DNA of 64,000 bases from an uncultured Clostridia bacterium (GCA_946621465.1 CAMOOO010000003.1:119389-183388), one strand, 5' to 3'; positions 18,901 through 27,542 are shown, numbered from the stretch's first letter. The notes: a model not told the origin generated them from the letters alone. Numbers and translations: made by a program.

Positions 18901-19115
18901 TGGTCCAGGGCGTAATCGACCTGTTAGTCGCTCTGCCGGACGACACTTTCATGTTGGTGGATTACAAAATGAGCGGTTTGGGACCCGAAAAGCTCAAAAC
19001 CAAATACGCCGAGCAGATTGAACTTTACAGAGACGCCGTCCAAAACATCCTTCATAAACCGGTTTCCGTTGCCTTTTTGTACAACCTGAACCTGGGTTTC
19101 AGCGTCCGTTTATAG
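15906..19115 (+). CDS. addA: ATP-dependent helicase/nuclease subunit A (AddA, UvrD/Rep superfamily 1)
   Basis: Walker A SASAGSGKTTVM, FIDEYQDTN, LNDNYRS, TQHGSKGLEFPVVFL, and a C-terminal nuclease motif LVDYKMS. Confidence 0.92.
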   Translation: MEFKWSEEQKAVFDTRGNVLVSASAGSGKTTVMIEKILRLIEEGQDLRRILVMTFSRASAMDMKTKLVEKMYKRLSFGGETERIRKQLENIPFANISTINSFCYTLAKRYFSAAGIDPSCSIMDDKEQESLFDACLDRTIKKQLEKKSPDPSFIRALGYFSEKRSIGGIKRVICSLHTFLSAQEDPEEFLGRANGMEKTEEYYLERMRRKLFRLQTEGREILREKREQNYPARDEVYRDCILRMENATKGGIREFFSEISGMEVPARNPHSSDCKKGFLLSELCDRCGEFLAKMRKLKSETESDRALYEQGDSDEEIKKVVIKLYQENKAEYEDRKKQRSVMDFNDAERAALNILKWEEYREEIRKSFDYIFIDEYQDTNYLQEALLVGLSRGDNLFVVGDVKQAIYHFRYAEPEIFVHRKKRYENVSEGNSRLLNDNYRSCNRILTFTNEVCAEVMTDLFGGVDYRAEAMLHSGLGEEGAEDAVRIYTYPEEETVPVPVENVYRVKTGSKIAKRDREAAFIADEIARQHARGRKYEEFAVLFKKRKGIPGVAKELKKRGIPYFVQQDKKSTLPERETIIDCLRLLLNDFDDIAMINVLTEMFGFGAKELLDVRLSSEKSFSEAVLCYQGPHGEKLAEFREQIVKWRFDAEYLTVADLMREIIKSGYDAVLMKKGVIGQINAFILFVEQQADKMSLGEFIRYYDTVYDGNITPAPPSSVTLMTQHGSKGLEFPVVFLPYSTAAKRTRGQRESIVCDRDLGIALYRYSDDFKMEKTFSLYVMAMKKRAEEQESDLRLAYVAFTRAKEKLIITGMEKNYNGEAEDAACVMDWLLYAKQRNGELEKYFLPMPETEDKEEVPCAVQPVQLDLTKLEKTYPFEKSTKTYAKTSVSGILQQEESKGVRTLPAESAQKAEVGNAMHAVLRFIDFSAQGKEEVAFEIDRMVKEGLLTERERELADCQKIAEVLSAPEMAPAKSNPLYREYPFIAYVHPKDNPVDKILVQGVIDLLVALPDDTFMLVDYKMSGLGPEKLKTKYAEQIELYRDAVQNILHKPVSVAFLYNLNLGFSVRL

Positions 19116-19188
19116 CCTTTCTTGGGCGGAAAAGCCGCGAGAAACCTCCTTCTATACCTGTCGCACGCTATTATTTTTAAAAAACATA

Positions 19189-19216
19189 TTGCAAATTTTT
19201 TTTTTTATGCTATAAT
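19189..19216 (+). promoter_or_regulatory. Promoter of the 19251 membrane-protein gene
   Basis: TTGCAA, 16 nt spacer, TATAAT with TGc extension. RBS caggaga lies 10 nt before the ATG at 19251. Confidence 0.55.
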
Positions 19217-19250
19217 TAGTCTATACCTATGCCCAGGAGACAAAACGACT

Positions 19251-20498
19251 ATGGATTTTTTGAATGAGCTCCTCAAAAGTTTGACTGAGATTATCCCGAC
19301 ACTGAGCGTGTCCGTTAAACTCGGAATTATAGGCGGTATCCTCATGTTGATACTGTTTTTGATCTGCTTCGGAATTTCTCATGGAGGCAATATTGCGAAA
19401 TATACGAAGCTACTCATCGCCGGTTCCAAAAAATTTGCCGAGATCGGGACGATCACGGATGAGAACGTAGGTATCGTTTACGACGAATTGCAGAAACATC
19501 CCGAACCGGTCCACACCGGATGGCAGGTGTTTTTAGATCAGCGCGTGGGTGTTCCTTCCGATTACTTCCCGGCCAGGAACGTGCTTACCGCCAGAGAATA
19601 TAACGGTAAACGCACCCTCGGTAAATCCCTCTTCTTGATCTTAGGCACCATCGTTTGGGTTCTCATCGGACTGATCGGATACTACTATTACACTTCCTAT
19701 AGCGTCGAAGGGTTCGATTCCACACTCGTTACCGATATCATTCTTGCGCTTGAATTTTTGATTATCCCCATCGGGACGTTCATCATTTTCTCCCTCTCTC
19801 TTGACATCGTTTACGGGAAAAAGGCAAAACGGTTGGGACTTGCTTACGCCAGCTTTTGCGAAACGCTGGACGCTTGCGTCGTCGTAACCGACAAAGAAGA
19901 GGATGCTTTTGTCAGCGACAATTTAGCGGAAATCAACAAACGGGTAGAGGAATTGGTCGCCGGTCGTTTGGACGACGAGGTGATCGAAGTTATTTCCGTG
20001 CCGAAGGATTCCGAACCGGACGGGAGAGATATCCCCTCGGTCGAGGACGTTTTGCGGAGCATGGGCATCGTGGACGACGCCGTTCAACAGCCGGCAGCTA
20101 CCACCGAAGAAGCTCAGCCGGAAGTCGTTCAGCCGGAACAACCGGTGGAATTGACGCCGGAAGAACTGGAGAGACAGAGATTCCTCGAGAACGCTTTGGA
20201 GAACGAAGAGTTCGTTCGTTATGCGCTCGCCAATGCCGATCGTATTCATGAATGGGCGCGCGGCGCAGAATCCGATGCGCAACCGGCGGAGAAGTTCACC
20301 TTCGATTGGGTGGAAAAGATACTCCATATCACCGAGGACGCTATTCAGGATCCCAACGCCGATCCCGGCGATCTGGAAGATTTAGGGTCCCTGTTGGAGA
20401 CCGCTCTCAATTCCGTCGAAGACGAGACCTGCAAAGAGGCTTTGACCGACTACCTGGGGAAACTGGCGACAAAGTATTATTCCATTGTCGAAGGCTGA
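19251..20498 (+). CDS. Hypothetical membrane protein (3 predicted TM segments, ~200-aa acidic C-terminal tail)
   Basis: The start is moved to the ATG at 19251 (MDFLNELLKSL...), because the track's upstream extension covers the promoter. Hydrophobic segments: GIIGGILMLILFLICFGI, LFLILGTIVWVLIGLIGYYYY, IILALEFLIIPIGTFIIFSLSL. The tail is rich in E/D/P/Q. No family recognised. Confidence 0.6.
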   Translation: MDFLNELLKSLTEIIPTLSVSVKLGIIGGILMLILFLICFGISHGGNIAKYTKLLIAGSKKFAEIGTITDENVGIVYDELQKHPEPVHTGWQVFLDQRVGVPSDYFPARNVLTAREYNGKRTLGKSLFLILGTIVWVLIGLIGYYYYTSYSVEGFDSTLVTDIILALEFLIIPIGTFIIFSLSLDIVYGKKAKRLGLAYASFCETLDACVVVTDKEEDAFVSDNLAEINKRVEELVAGRLDDEVIEVISVPKDSEPDGRDIPSVEDVLRSMGIVDDAVQQPAATTEEAQPEVVQPEQPVELTPEELERQRFLENALENEEFVRYALANADRIHEWARGAESDAQPAEKFTFDWVEKILHITEDAIQDPNADPGDLEDLGSLLETALNSVEDETCKEALTDYLGKLATKYYSIVEG

Positions 20499-20608
20499 TA
20501 AAGACCGGAGCATACTATTTTACCCGAGTAATTCGGGAACTTACGTTGCGGAGTGAAAAAGCTCCGCATACTTATTGAAGAAGGTAATAAGTCGTCCGCA
20601 AACGGCGG

Positions 20609-22255
20609 ATGATGGCAGAGGATAACATGGCTAACAATTTTATAGAAGCAATCGTTGAAAACGATTTGGAAAACAACGTTCATGAAGAAATTTTAACGCG
20701 TTTTCCCCCGGAACCGAACGGGTATTTACATATCGGTCACGCAAAGAGTTTATGCATCAATTTCGGCATTAAAGAAAAATATCACGGTAAGTGCAATCTA
20801 AGATACGACGATACCAATCCGACCAAAGAAGACGTCGAATACGTAGAGAGTATCAAAGAGGACATCCGTTGGCTTGGCTTTGAGTGGGATAAAGAATGCT
20901 ACGCGAGCGACTACTTTGAGGAAACCTATCAGCTTGCGTTGAAGTTGATTAAGCAAGGGGATGCCTACGTTTGCGATTTGTCCGCGGAGGAAATTAAAGC
21001 AACGCGCGGTAGTTTGACCGAGCCGGGAACGGAGAGTCCTTACCGCAATCGTAGCGTGGAAGAAAACCTCAAATTGTTTACCGAGATGCGCGAAGGGAAA
21101 TATCCGGACGGGAGTAAAGTTCTCCGCGCCAAAATTGATATGTCCAGCAGCAACCTAAATATGCGTGATCCCGTTATATACCGCATTTTGCGCGCGACGC
21201 ACCACCACACGGGCGACGCGTGGCTGATTTATCCGATGTACGATTTCGCTCATCCCATCGAGGACGCTTTGGAGGGCATCACGCACTCCATCTGCACGTT
21301 GGAATTCGAGGATCATCGTCCGTTGTACGACTGGGTGACGGAGCATTGCGGCTTTGTCAATCCCCCTCATCAATATGAATTCGCAAGATTGAACATAAAG
21401 AACACCATCATGAGCAAACGGTATCTCAAAAAACTGGTCGATACCGGAGTGGTCGAAGGATGGGACGATCCCCGTATGCCCACGATCAGCGGAATGCGTA
21501 TGCGCGGCTATCCGGCGGAAGCGATACGAGAGTTTTGTTCGGTGGTCGGCGTGGCAAAGGCCAATAGCGAAGTCGATCCCGCCGTGCTGGAACACTGTGT
21601 CCGTGACGTTTTGAACGACTCGGCAGATCGCGTTATGGCGGTGGAAGATCCCCTTCTTATCGTCATAGAAAACGCGGGAGAAAGGGAGACCATTACTTTA
21701 GTAAACAATCCCAATCATCCGGAAAACGGAACGCATGAAATACCGTTTGAGAAAGAGATATACATCGAAAGGTCTGACTTTGCCGTCGTTCCTCCGCCCA
21801 AGTATCATCGATTGGTTCCCGGCGGTATGGTACGACTGAAAGGAGCTTATATTTTGCGCTATCTGTCTCATGAAGAAGATGAGAACGGAAAGGTGCTTTT
21901 TGTGCGCTGTGAGCTTATTCCCGATTCCAAAGAGGGTGGCGTCAACGCAGGGATAAAAGTAAAGGGCGTGGTACAGTGGGTGCCGAAGTCCTGCGCCGTT
22001 TCGGCGACGCTGAATAAGTACGAGAGTCTGCTTTTGGACGAGGTGGACGGAAACAAGCAATTCGACGACAGAATCAATCCCGAATCCCTTAAAACGGTAG
22101 AAGGCGCATTGGTCGAACCGTGGGTCATGGACAAAAACGTCGGCGACAGATTCCAGTTTATGCGTTCCGCCTATTATAAATTGGCGAAAAAACAGGACGG
22201 AAAACTGCTGTTTTATCGCATAGTTGGTCTAAAAGACAGCTTTAATAAGCAGTAA
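20609..22255 (+). CDS. glnS: Glutamine--tRNA ligase (GlnRS)
   Basis: RFPPEPNGYLHIGHAKS (HIGH motif), IMSKRYL (KMSKS-like), and class-I GlxRS length with an anticodon-binding C-terminus. An alternative start at ATG 20627 has the better RBS (agagga). Confidence 0.9.
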   Translation: MMAEDNMANNFIEAIVENDLENNVHEEILTRFPPEPNGYLHIGHAKSLCINFGIKEKYHGKCNLRYDDTNPTKEDVEYVESIKEDIRWLGFEWDKECYASDYFEETYQLALKLIKQGDAYVCDLSAEEIKATRGSLTEPGTESPYRNRSVEENLKLFTEMREGKYPDGSKVLRAKIDMSSSNLNMRDPVIYRILRATHHHTGDAWLIYPMYDFAHPIEDALEGITHSICTLEFEDHRPLYDWVTEHCGFVNPPHQYEFARLNIKNTIMSKRYLKKLVDTGVVEGWDDPRMPTISGMRMRGYPAEAIREFCSVVGVAKANSEVDPAVLEHCVRDVLNDSADRVMAVEDPLLIVIENAGERETITLVNNPNHPENGTHEIPFEKEIYIERSDFAVVPPPKYHRLVPGGMVRLKGAYILRYLSHEEDENGKVLFVRCELIPDSKEGGVNAGIKVKGVVQWVPKSCAVSATLNKYESLLLDEVDGNKQFDDRINPESLKTVEGALVEPWVMDKNVGDRFQFMRSAYYKLAKKQDGKLLFYRIVGLKDSFNKQ

Positions 22256-22300
22256 AAGGGGTTTAGCGGAAATAATTACATTTTTTTTTCAGAAAAACCC

Positions 22301-22329
22301 TTGAAAAAAAATTGTTTTGCATATATAAT
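22301..22329 (+). promoter_or_regulatory. Promoter at the head of the paralog array
   Basis: TTGAAA, 17 nt spacer, TATAAT. About 60 nt of 5' UTR, then RBS gaggag before the ATG at 22399. Confidence 0.65.
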
Positions 22330-22398
22330 GTAGTAGACGTGGTTTACTATGGGTATAGTTCATGGTAACGCAGCCGAGAATTTAACGAGGAGTGCAAG

Positions 22399-23994
22399 AT
22401 GGCTAGGAAAAGAAGCGAAACCGATTTGCCGGTCCGGACCGCCGAGTTCAATGCGAGCGTCGGTCAGGAACAGCTTTCGTATATTTGCGCTTATTGCGGC
22501 AAAGTAAATCCTATTGCCGCCGGTAAATGTCTGCGCTGCGGAAAGAGACGTCCCAGGAGCGAATATCTCAACGCGCTGAATCGTACGAGACAAACGAACG
22601 ATTTCCGTGAGACTTTGTCGTCCGAAATGGCTCAGGCGGAGTTTGACAGAAAAGAAGCGCAAGATATGCAGCTCGCCCGTTTGGTAGAAGAACGGGTCGC
22701 CGATGAAAAAGCGCAGATTCAGGCGCTCGAAACGGCAAAAAGAGAACAGGACCGTGAAGCCGTACAGCGTCTTGCCGCAAGAGACGCGGCTTTGCGCGTT
22801 ATAGAAGCGGAACGCAGAGCGGATGATGCAGAGCGTCGTGCGCAAGAAGCCGTCGACGGTAAAAACCGTGAGACGGAAGAAATGCTCCGTATAGAACGGG
22901 AAAAGGCCATGTATGCCGCCGCGCAAAAAGTGGTATCCGAGCGTATGGGTATCGAACAGGCTGCGGAAGAAAGAATCAATATCGCCCGTTCCGAAATGCA
23001 AAAAGAAGCGAACAAAGCGCTTGCCGATTCTGTAGAGGCCATCGAAAAAGACGCCGCCAGAAGAGCCGTTATGAAGATTATTTCCGCCGAACAGAGTACG
23101 GAAGACCGTATTCGTTTGGAGAGAGCGGCTGCGAGCAGAAGAACGGAAGATAAGATAAAGGAAGAAAGAGAGCGTATACGCGAGTACGAGAGTGCCAGAT
23201 ACGAAGCGGAAAAAGAGGGCATTCAGCGTGCAGTAGAAGAAAGGATACGCGCGGAGAGAGAGATTTTCGGTAAAGGGGACGGTGTGCAAAGCGGCGCGCC
23301 GGGTACGCCTGTCTTCGGTGGATCTCCTTATATGGGAATGCCTCAACAGAATCCGGTGACCATTCAACCTCTCGCCATTGTTCCTTATTTAAATAGTCAA
23401 CAACCGGTATATCAATATGATCCCAATCAATCGAGAACGATGTATCGTTTCGTTCCCGATCCCGTATGCGAACAGGAAGAAGAAGTAAACGACAGTCCGT
23501 TGGTATTCACGCCCAAGAAGAAGGAGAAGAAAGGCGGAAAGCGTTTCCTCGGTTTCTTGCAGATGATTTTATCCGCGCTGATACTCTTCCTCGCCGTATT
23601 CACACCGCAATTTATGACCGATTATCTGGGTGGAGGTGGAGAACCGTTCCTTCAATTGAAGAGCTTGCTCGAGTTTGACAGTTTGAGCTTCCCGTCTATG
23701 CTTTATCCCATCTTCTGGACGCTGGTCATCGTTATGGCTGTAGCATCGTTCATTCAGGGATTGGTGCGTTTGATACGCGGAAAGATAGCAAAAGCCGGGT
23801 GGATACTGGGACTACTGTTGTTCCTGTTTACCGTCGTTGTTTATCTGTTGCCTGCATTCTTTTTAGATAACGTTGTTTATTTCGGTGCCGGTACGACGTT
23901 CGGTAACGTAACGATGTTGTCTATCATCTGCATGGTAGCGTCGTTTATCATTGCGTTCGCATCGATCATCGCCGCTTTCGCAAGAAAGAAATAA
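22399..23994 (+). CDS. Array member 1: zinc ribbon, long E/R/A-rich helix, VPY motif, C-terminal 4-TM module. Function unknown
   Basis: CAYCGKVNPIAAGKCLRC (CxxC-x10-CxxC). A charged helical segment of about 215 aa. TIQPLAIVPYLNSQQPVYQYD. Four hydrophobic segments and a KK tail. Preceded by a promoter and an RBS. Confidence 0.75.
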   Translation: MARKRSETDLPVRTAEFNASVGQEQLSYICAYCGKVNPIAAGKCLRCGKRRPRSEYLNALNRTRQTNDFRETLSSEMAQAEFDRKEAQDMQLARLVEERVADEKAQIQALETAKREQDREAVQRLAARDAALRVIEAERRADDAERRAQEAVDGKNRETEEMLRIEREKAMYAAAQKVVSERMGIEQAAEERINIARSEMQKEANKALADSVEAIEKDAARRAVMKIISAEQSTEDRIRLERAAASRRTEDKIKEERERIREYESARYEAEKEGIQRAVEERIRAEREIFGKGDGVQSGAPGTPVFGGSPYMGMPQQNPVTIQPLAIVPYLNSQQPVYQYDPNQSRTMYRFVPDPVCEQEEEVNDSPLVFTPKKKEKKGGKRFLGFLQMILSALILFLAVFTPQFMTDYLGGGGEPFLQLKSLLEFDSLSFPSMLYPIFWTLVIVMAVASFIQGLVRLIRGKIAKAGWILGLLLFLFTVVVYLLPAFFLDNVVYFGAGTTFGNVTMLSIICMVASFIIAFASIIAAFARKK

Positions 23995-24071
23995 ACGACG
24001 TATGACGGCATAATATGAAGTGTAAAGGAGACGTTTTTTCGCGGCTCCTTTATTTATAATCGGAGGTAAAA

Positions 24072-25004
24072 ATGCATACTTCTAAATATAAAAAGGCAGG
24101 AAAAACGCCAAAAAACGGTGATGAAACCTTTTTAATGACGATGGGAGAAGCTCACATGGGTATGACCGGCAATATGAGCGGAACCGGTATGCAATCGACC
24201 TCTTATCGAGACTTTTCCGACCTGGATTTTATTCGCAATCTCGATCGGGTTTCCAGCGATTATTACGCAGACTATATGCAGGGGAGAGGGGAGAATAAAA
24301 CGGTCGGTGTGGACAGTTTCGTTTCCCGTCTGTCGGTGGAGGGATGCAAAGGCAGACCCTATCCGTTGCTACCGCCCAGGCGCGTTTTAAAAACCGGCTA
24401 TTTTTATCGGCGGCTTGCGCTTATTATTGCCATTCTCGTGCTTACCTTAGCCGAGTTATTTTATATCGTCGGTTCTTTCGTGGGACCGGAACAGGTCCGT
24501 TTGTCCATGCCTTTTATAGGCAATCTTACTTATGCGGACCCCATTCTGACGCTATTCGGACTTCCATCCGTTTGCCCCGATTTCTTCACTGTGGAAGATC
24601 TGTCCGTGCCTGCCTATCTGGTAGCCGGGTGTTTGATCGTATATGCCGTCGCATCGTTGGCGTCGCTGATTCTGTCTTTCCGCGCTCTTGCGGCGGACAG
24701 AATGAAAGACGGAATGTATCGAAAGTATCGCTTCGGCGCGCTGTGCATAATTCGCTTTGCGACAATCGGACTTACCATGCTCTGCATGTATCTTTTGGGG
24801 AGAAACTTCCTTACGGAAGACAACTTCGGGATCGTCTTTTTGGCGGTGCCGCCCTTCCTGTCCTTCTTCTGCTCCTGCTTTGCCTATAAAAAGGCAACTC
24901 TTTCCGTTCCCGAACCGCTGATCGGCGCGGACGGATTTTTGCCCGATTCGGTCGATTTTGAGCAGTTTGTGGAAAGAAACCAAAAGAAACCGTTCATTTC
25001 CTGA
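24072..25004 (+). CDS. Array member 2: low-complexity N-terminus plus 4-TM module. Function unknown
   Basis: RBS ggaggt. TM1 LALIIAILVLTLAELFYIVG. TM2-TM3 loop MYRKYRFGAL. C-terminal KK. Same layout as the other array members. Confidence 0.7.
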   Translation: MHTSKYKKAGKTPKNGDETFLMTMGEAHMGMTGNMSGTGMQSTSYRDFSDLDFIRNLDRVSSDYYADYMQGRGENKTVGVDSFVSRLSVEGCKGRPYPLLPPRRVLKTGYFYRRLALIIAILVLTLAELFYIVGSFVGPEQVRLSMPFIGNLTYADPILTLFGLPSVCPDFFTVEDLSVPAYLVAGCLIVYAVASLASLILSFRALAADRMKDGMYRKYRFGALCIIRFATIGLTMLCMYLLGRNFLTEDNFGIVFLAVPPFLSFFCSCFAYKKATLSVPEPLIGADGFLPDSVDFEQFVERNQKKPFIS

Positions 25005-25077
25005 CTTTAATTATTTTATTTAAATAAATATTTTCTAAAAAAAAATTTTTTTATAGTAAAAAATATTAAATTTGCTA

Positions 25078-25106
25078 TTGAAATTTCCCGCGGCTTATGG
25101 TACAAT
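25078..25106 (+). promoter_or_regulatory. Internal promoter of the array (ahead of the 25168 gene)
   Basis: TTGAAA, 17 nt spacer, TACAAT inside a 163-nt AT-rich gap. A second TATAAT lies at 25119-25124. Confidence 0.55.
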
Positions 25107-25167
25107 ACCATTGTGTAGTATAATATTTATATTATAAAGTTATACTCGCAAGTAAAAAAGGTGGTAC

Positions 25168-26295
25168 ATGGCAAAGTACGCAAAGAAGAAACAAGCGCAA
25201 AAGAAAGCGGAAAAAGAGCGTCGTAAAACATTGTCTGCTCGTCAGACGTATGCTTTAGAGAACGCTCACTTGCGCGCTGTGGAGGGCGGCAGCTCCCCTA
25301 TGAACGGTAAGAAATCGGTCAGCTATAACAACACGACCGATCAGCTTGTCGGAGGAAAGATCAAGGGAACGGAAGTCGACGCCGCATTTGCATCGGATAT
25401 CCAAAAGATGAAATTCTGCCGTAAACCGGTAGGTTTTGTCATGTGGTTACTGTATCTTATTCTGCTTGTCGTCGTTGCCATGCCTTTCGTTTTGTCCAAA
25501 GTGGAACTGGATCTGGGGCTTGACCTCAACCAATACGTTGCCCTTTGCATGGAAACGGAACCGCAAGAAGCAGATGAAGAAGAGCTTGAAGAAGGCGAAG
25601 AAAATGCCGAAGGGGAGGAAGAAGCCGCCAGCGACGCCGCATCGGTAGGAAGAATTCTTTCCGCCGACGAGGACGCCACCGAAGTTAGTGACGAGGAACT
25701 GACCGAGGAAGATGAGGAAGAGGAGGAAGAATCCGCCGTATTCGACGGGACGCTGTATAGTTTGAGCGATCCGCTGTTTGGATGGATCAAATTCATCGCC
25801 TCGAAATTCAATCTCTCTTTGGAACTGGGAGAATCTCCCTGGTACGATACCCAGGTTGCCAAAACGGAAGCTGGTATGAGCGACACCATTTCTTCCATTC
25901 TGATTTTGGCGTTCCCGCCCTTCATCGTTATCTACGTTATACTGACGTTGGTACTCATGGTACAAACGTTTATTTGCTTTGCGTCGGGAGACAGACGCAT
26001 TTTCCGTTTCACGAGCATAGAAGATTTCTTTTTGCTTTTGAGCGGAGCGATAATTATGCTCGGAGCGTTCGCTACCACGACAGAGGTAGACGGAGCGTTG
26101 GATTTTTCCCAAATCGCCAACTTTATACTGGGTGGCGTTACGGGAGCAGGAGGCTTTACGGCGGGGTACGGGATGCTGATTATGCTGATCGTTCCCGTAG
26201 TCGCATTTGTCCTTTCCTTCTTCTTGCTGGAGAAGAAACTACGTGGTAGAGAGATAACGCAGCCCATCGTTGTCTATCACTACAAAGAGAAATAA
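25168..26295 (+). CDS. Array member 3: basic N-terminus plus 4-TM module with a ~120-aa loop 1 containing a strongly acidic stretch. Function unknown
   Basis: RBS aaaggtgg. TM1 FVMWLLYLILLVVVAMPFVL. An E/D-rich stretch (EPQEADEEELEEGEENAEGEEEA...EEDEEEEEE). TM2-TM3 loop DRRIFRFTSI. Confidence 0.7.
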   Translation: MAKYAKKKQAQKKAEKERRKTLSARQTYALENAHLRAVEGGSSPMNGKKSVSYNNTTDQLVGGKIKGTEVDAAFASDIQKMKFCRKPVGFVMWLLYLILLVVVAMPFVLSKVELDLGLDLNQYVALCMETEPQEADEEELEEGEENAEGEEEAASDAASVGRILSADEDATEVSDEELTEEDEEEEEESAVFDGTLYSLSDPLFGWIKFIASKFNLSLELGESPWYDTQVAKTEAGMSDTISSILILAFPPFIVIYVILTLVLMVQTFICFASGDRRIFRFTSIEDFFLLLSGAIIMLGAFATTTEVDGALDFSQIANFILGGVTGAGGFTAGYGMLIMLIVPVVAFVLSFFLLEKKLRGREITQPIVVYHYKEK

Positions 26296-26323
26296 GTAAG
26301 AAAGATATCGTTACGCGGAGGTT

Positions 26324-26701
26324 ATGATGTCCAAGAGATCTGAAAGAAAGAAACGGGAAGAAGAAGCTCGTCGTCAGCAGGAGATGATGCGTCGTCAGAT
26401 GATAATGATGCAACGCGCGTCTATGCAACAGCAGCCGATGATGAACAATATGAATTACGGCAATATGAGTTATGGACCTATGAGTGGCAGTAATGCCAAT
26501 CCGTGTGCGATGCCCTCTCGCTTCATTCAGTTGACTCCGATTATTCAACCGATAGCGATGGTTCCTTATTCAACACAAAATCAACCGCTGATGATGTATG
26601 GCGATCAAGGTAGCTTTAACGGTATGGGCGGTTATGGAGATTTCGGCGGCGGCTTTGGCGGTGGCTACGGCGGCGGCTTCGGAGAAGACGATTTCTTTTA
26701 A
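26324..26701 (+). CDS. Soluble mini-protein: basic then Met/Gln-rich N-terminus, VPY motif, Gly/Phe/Tyr-rich tail ending EDDFF
   Basis: RBS ggagg 5 nt upstream. FIQLTPIIQPIAMVPYSTQNQPLMMYGD. GMGGYGDFGGGFGGGYGGGFGEDDFF. No TM segment. Confidence 0.65.
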   Translation: MMSKRSERKKREEEARRQQEMMRRQMIMMQRASMQQQPMMNNMNYGNMSYGPMSGSNANPCAMPSRFIQLTPIIQPIAMVPYSTQNQPLMMYGDQGSFNGMGGYGDFGGGFGGGYGGGFGEDDFF

Positions 26702-26714
26702 GAGGAGATAGAGA

Positions 26715-27542
26715 ATGAAAAAGAAGGAAGAGAAAAAGGCGACTTTTTCTCCGGCGTCAACAGGTAGGATGCGTGGATTCTCCATCTACAACTCGGAAGG
26801 CAATATCTACTATAAAAGAGAAGTCGAACGGGTGGCAATGGAACTTCGCCAAGAACTGTATCCTGCTCCGAAGCAAGAAGAGACCGTGACGACTCCGGCT
26901 CCTGTTGCTGTAAAGAATAAAAATAAGATTGGATATGCGTTTCCTCTCGTTGCCATTCTTATTCTCGCCGTTTTATCTATCGTCATTATGGTCCTGTCCT
27001 GTTTCGGATTGGAAGGGATAAAGGACTTTGCACCTTTTTATACGTTGACAAATACCGGAAAGGCGACTTCCGTATCTATCCTGGACGGGATTATGGCGAT
27101 GCTGGGGAGTTCTCAGCTGAACTATTCCGTCAACGAGGATGGAGCTACGGGGATCATGTTGATCGTCTTTGCCGTAGCGGGGGGACTGTACGGATTGCTG
27201 ACCGTCGTGCAGATGATAAAAGCGATCGTCGCTCTCGCGTACTTAAAGAAGAAACCGCAAAAAAGGATTCGTTTCGGCGTAATCGCCTTTTTGTCGGTGA
27301 TTTCTTTGGTAATCGTTCTGATTTCGATGATCTGCTTAAAAGGTCAATTCGGATTCGGCGATTTGTGTAGCTTACTTTTCCCGGTGGTCCTGGGTGACTA
27401 CGGACTGCCCAGAGTGGAAGAGGGATACACGTTGTATAGCGGATTCGGTCTGTACTTCCTGATCGTTGCGCCGCTACTTAGTATGATTTTTTCTTCTTGC
27501 ATCTACAAGAAGGGAAAAGTAGGAGAAAAAGATGTTGCGTAG
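26715..27542 (+). CDS. Array member 4: short N-terminus plus 4-TM module. Function unknown
   Basis: RBS gaggag. TM1 FPLVAILILAVLSIVIMVLSCF. TM2-TM3 loop KKKPQKRIRFGVI. Tail YKKGK. Confidence 0.7.
   Translation: MKKKEEKKATFSPASTGRMRGFSIYNSEGNIYYKREVERVAMELRQELYPAPKQEETVTTPAPVAVKNKNKIGYAFPLVAILILAVLSIVIMVLSCFGLEGIKDFAPFYTLTNTGKATSVSILDGIMAMLGSSQLNYSVNEDGATGIMLIVFAVAGGLYGLLTVVQMIKAIVALAYLKKKPQKRIRFGVIAFLSVISLVIVLISMICLKGQFGFGDLCSLLFPVVLGDYGLPRVEEGYTLYSGFGLYFLIVAPLLSMIFSSCIYKKGKVGEKDVA

Noticed and set aside
19251-20498. An ExbB/TolQ/MotA-like proton-channel subunit. The topology fits (TM1, ~100-aa loop, TM2-TM3 hairpin, long C-terminal tail), and LGTIVWVL resembles the ExbB GTVWGI motif
   Set aside because: The resemblance is limited to one short TM motif. 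The TM3 spacing does not match ExbB (AL...IP differs), and no ExbD/TolR/MotB/ZorB-like partner gene is adjacent. It is kept as a hypothetical membrane protein. A profile search could revisit this.
20499-20608. A possible T-box or other riboswitch leader upstream of glnS (several small hairpins: cccgagtaattcggg, gcggagtgaaaaagctccgc)
   Set aside because: At about 110 nt it is too short for a T-box. I could find no specifier-loop/T-box sequence pattern, and there is no terminator with a U-tract before the start codon.
22360-23367. A 335-aa minus-strand ORF (and a 341-aa one at 28774-29799) inside the paralog array, as alternatives to the plus-strand calls
   Set aside because: The plus-strand ORFs have RBSs, a promoter, start/stop coupling, TM modules and motifs shared between paralogs. 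The minus-strand translations are R/F/L-rich with no TM pattern or paralogy.
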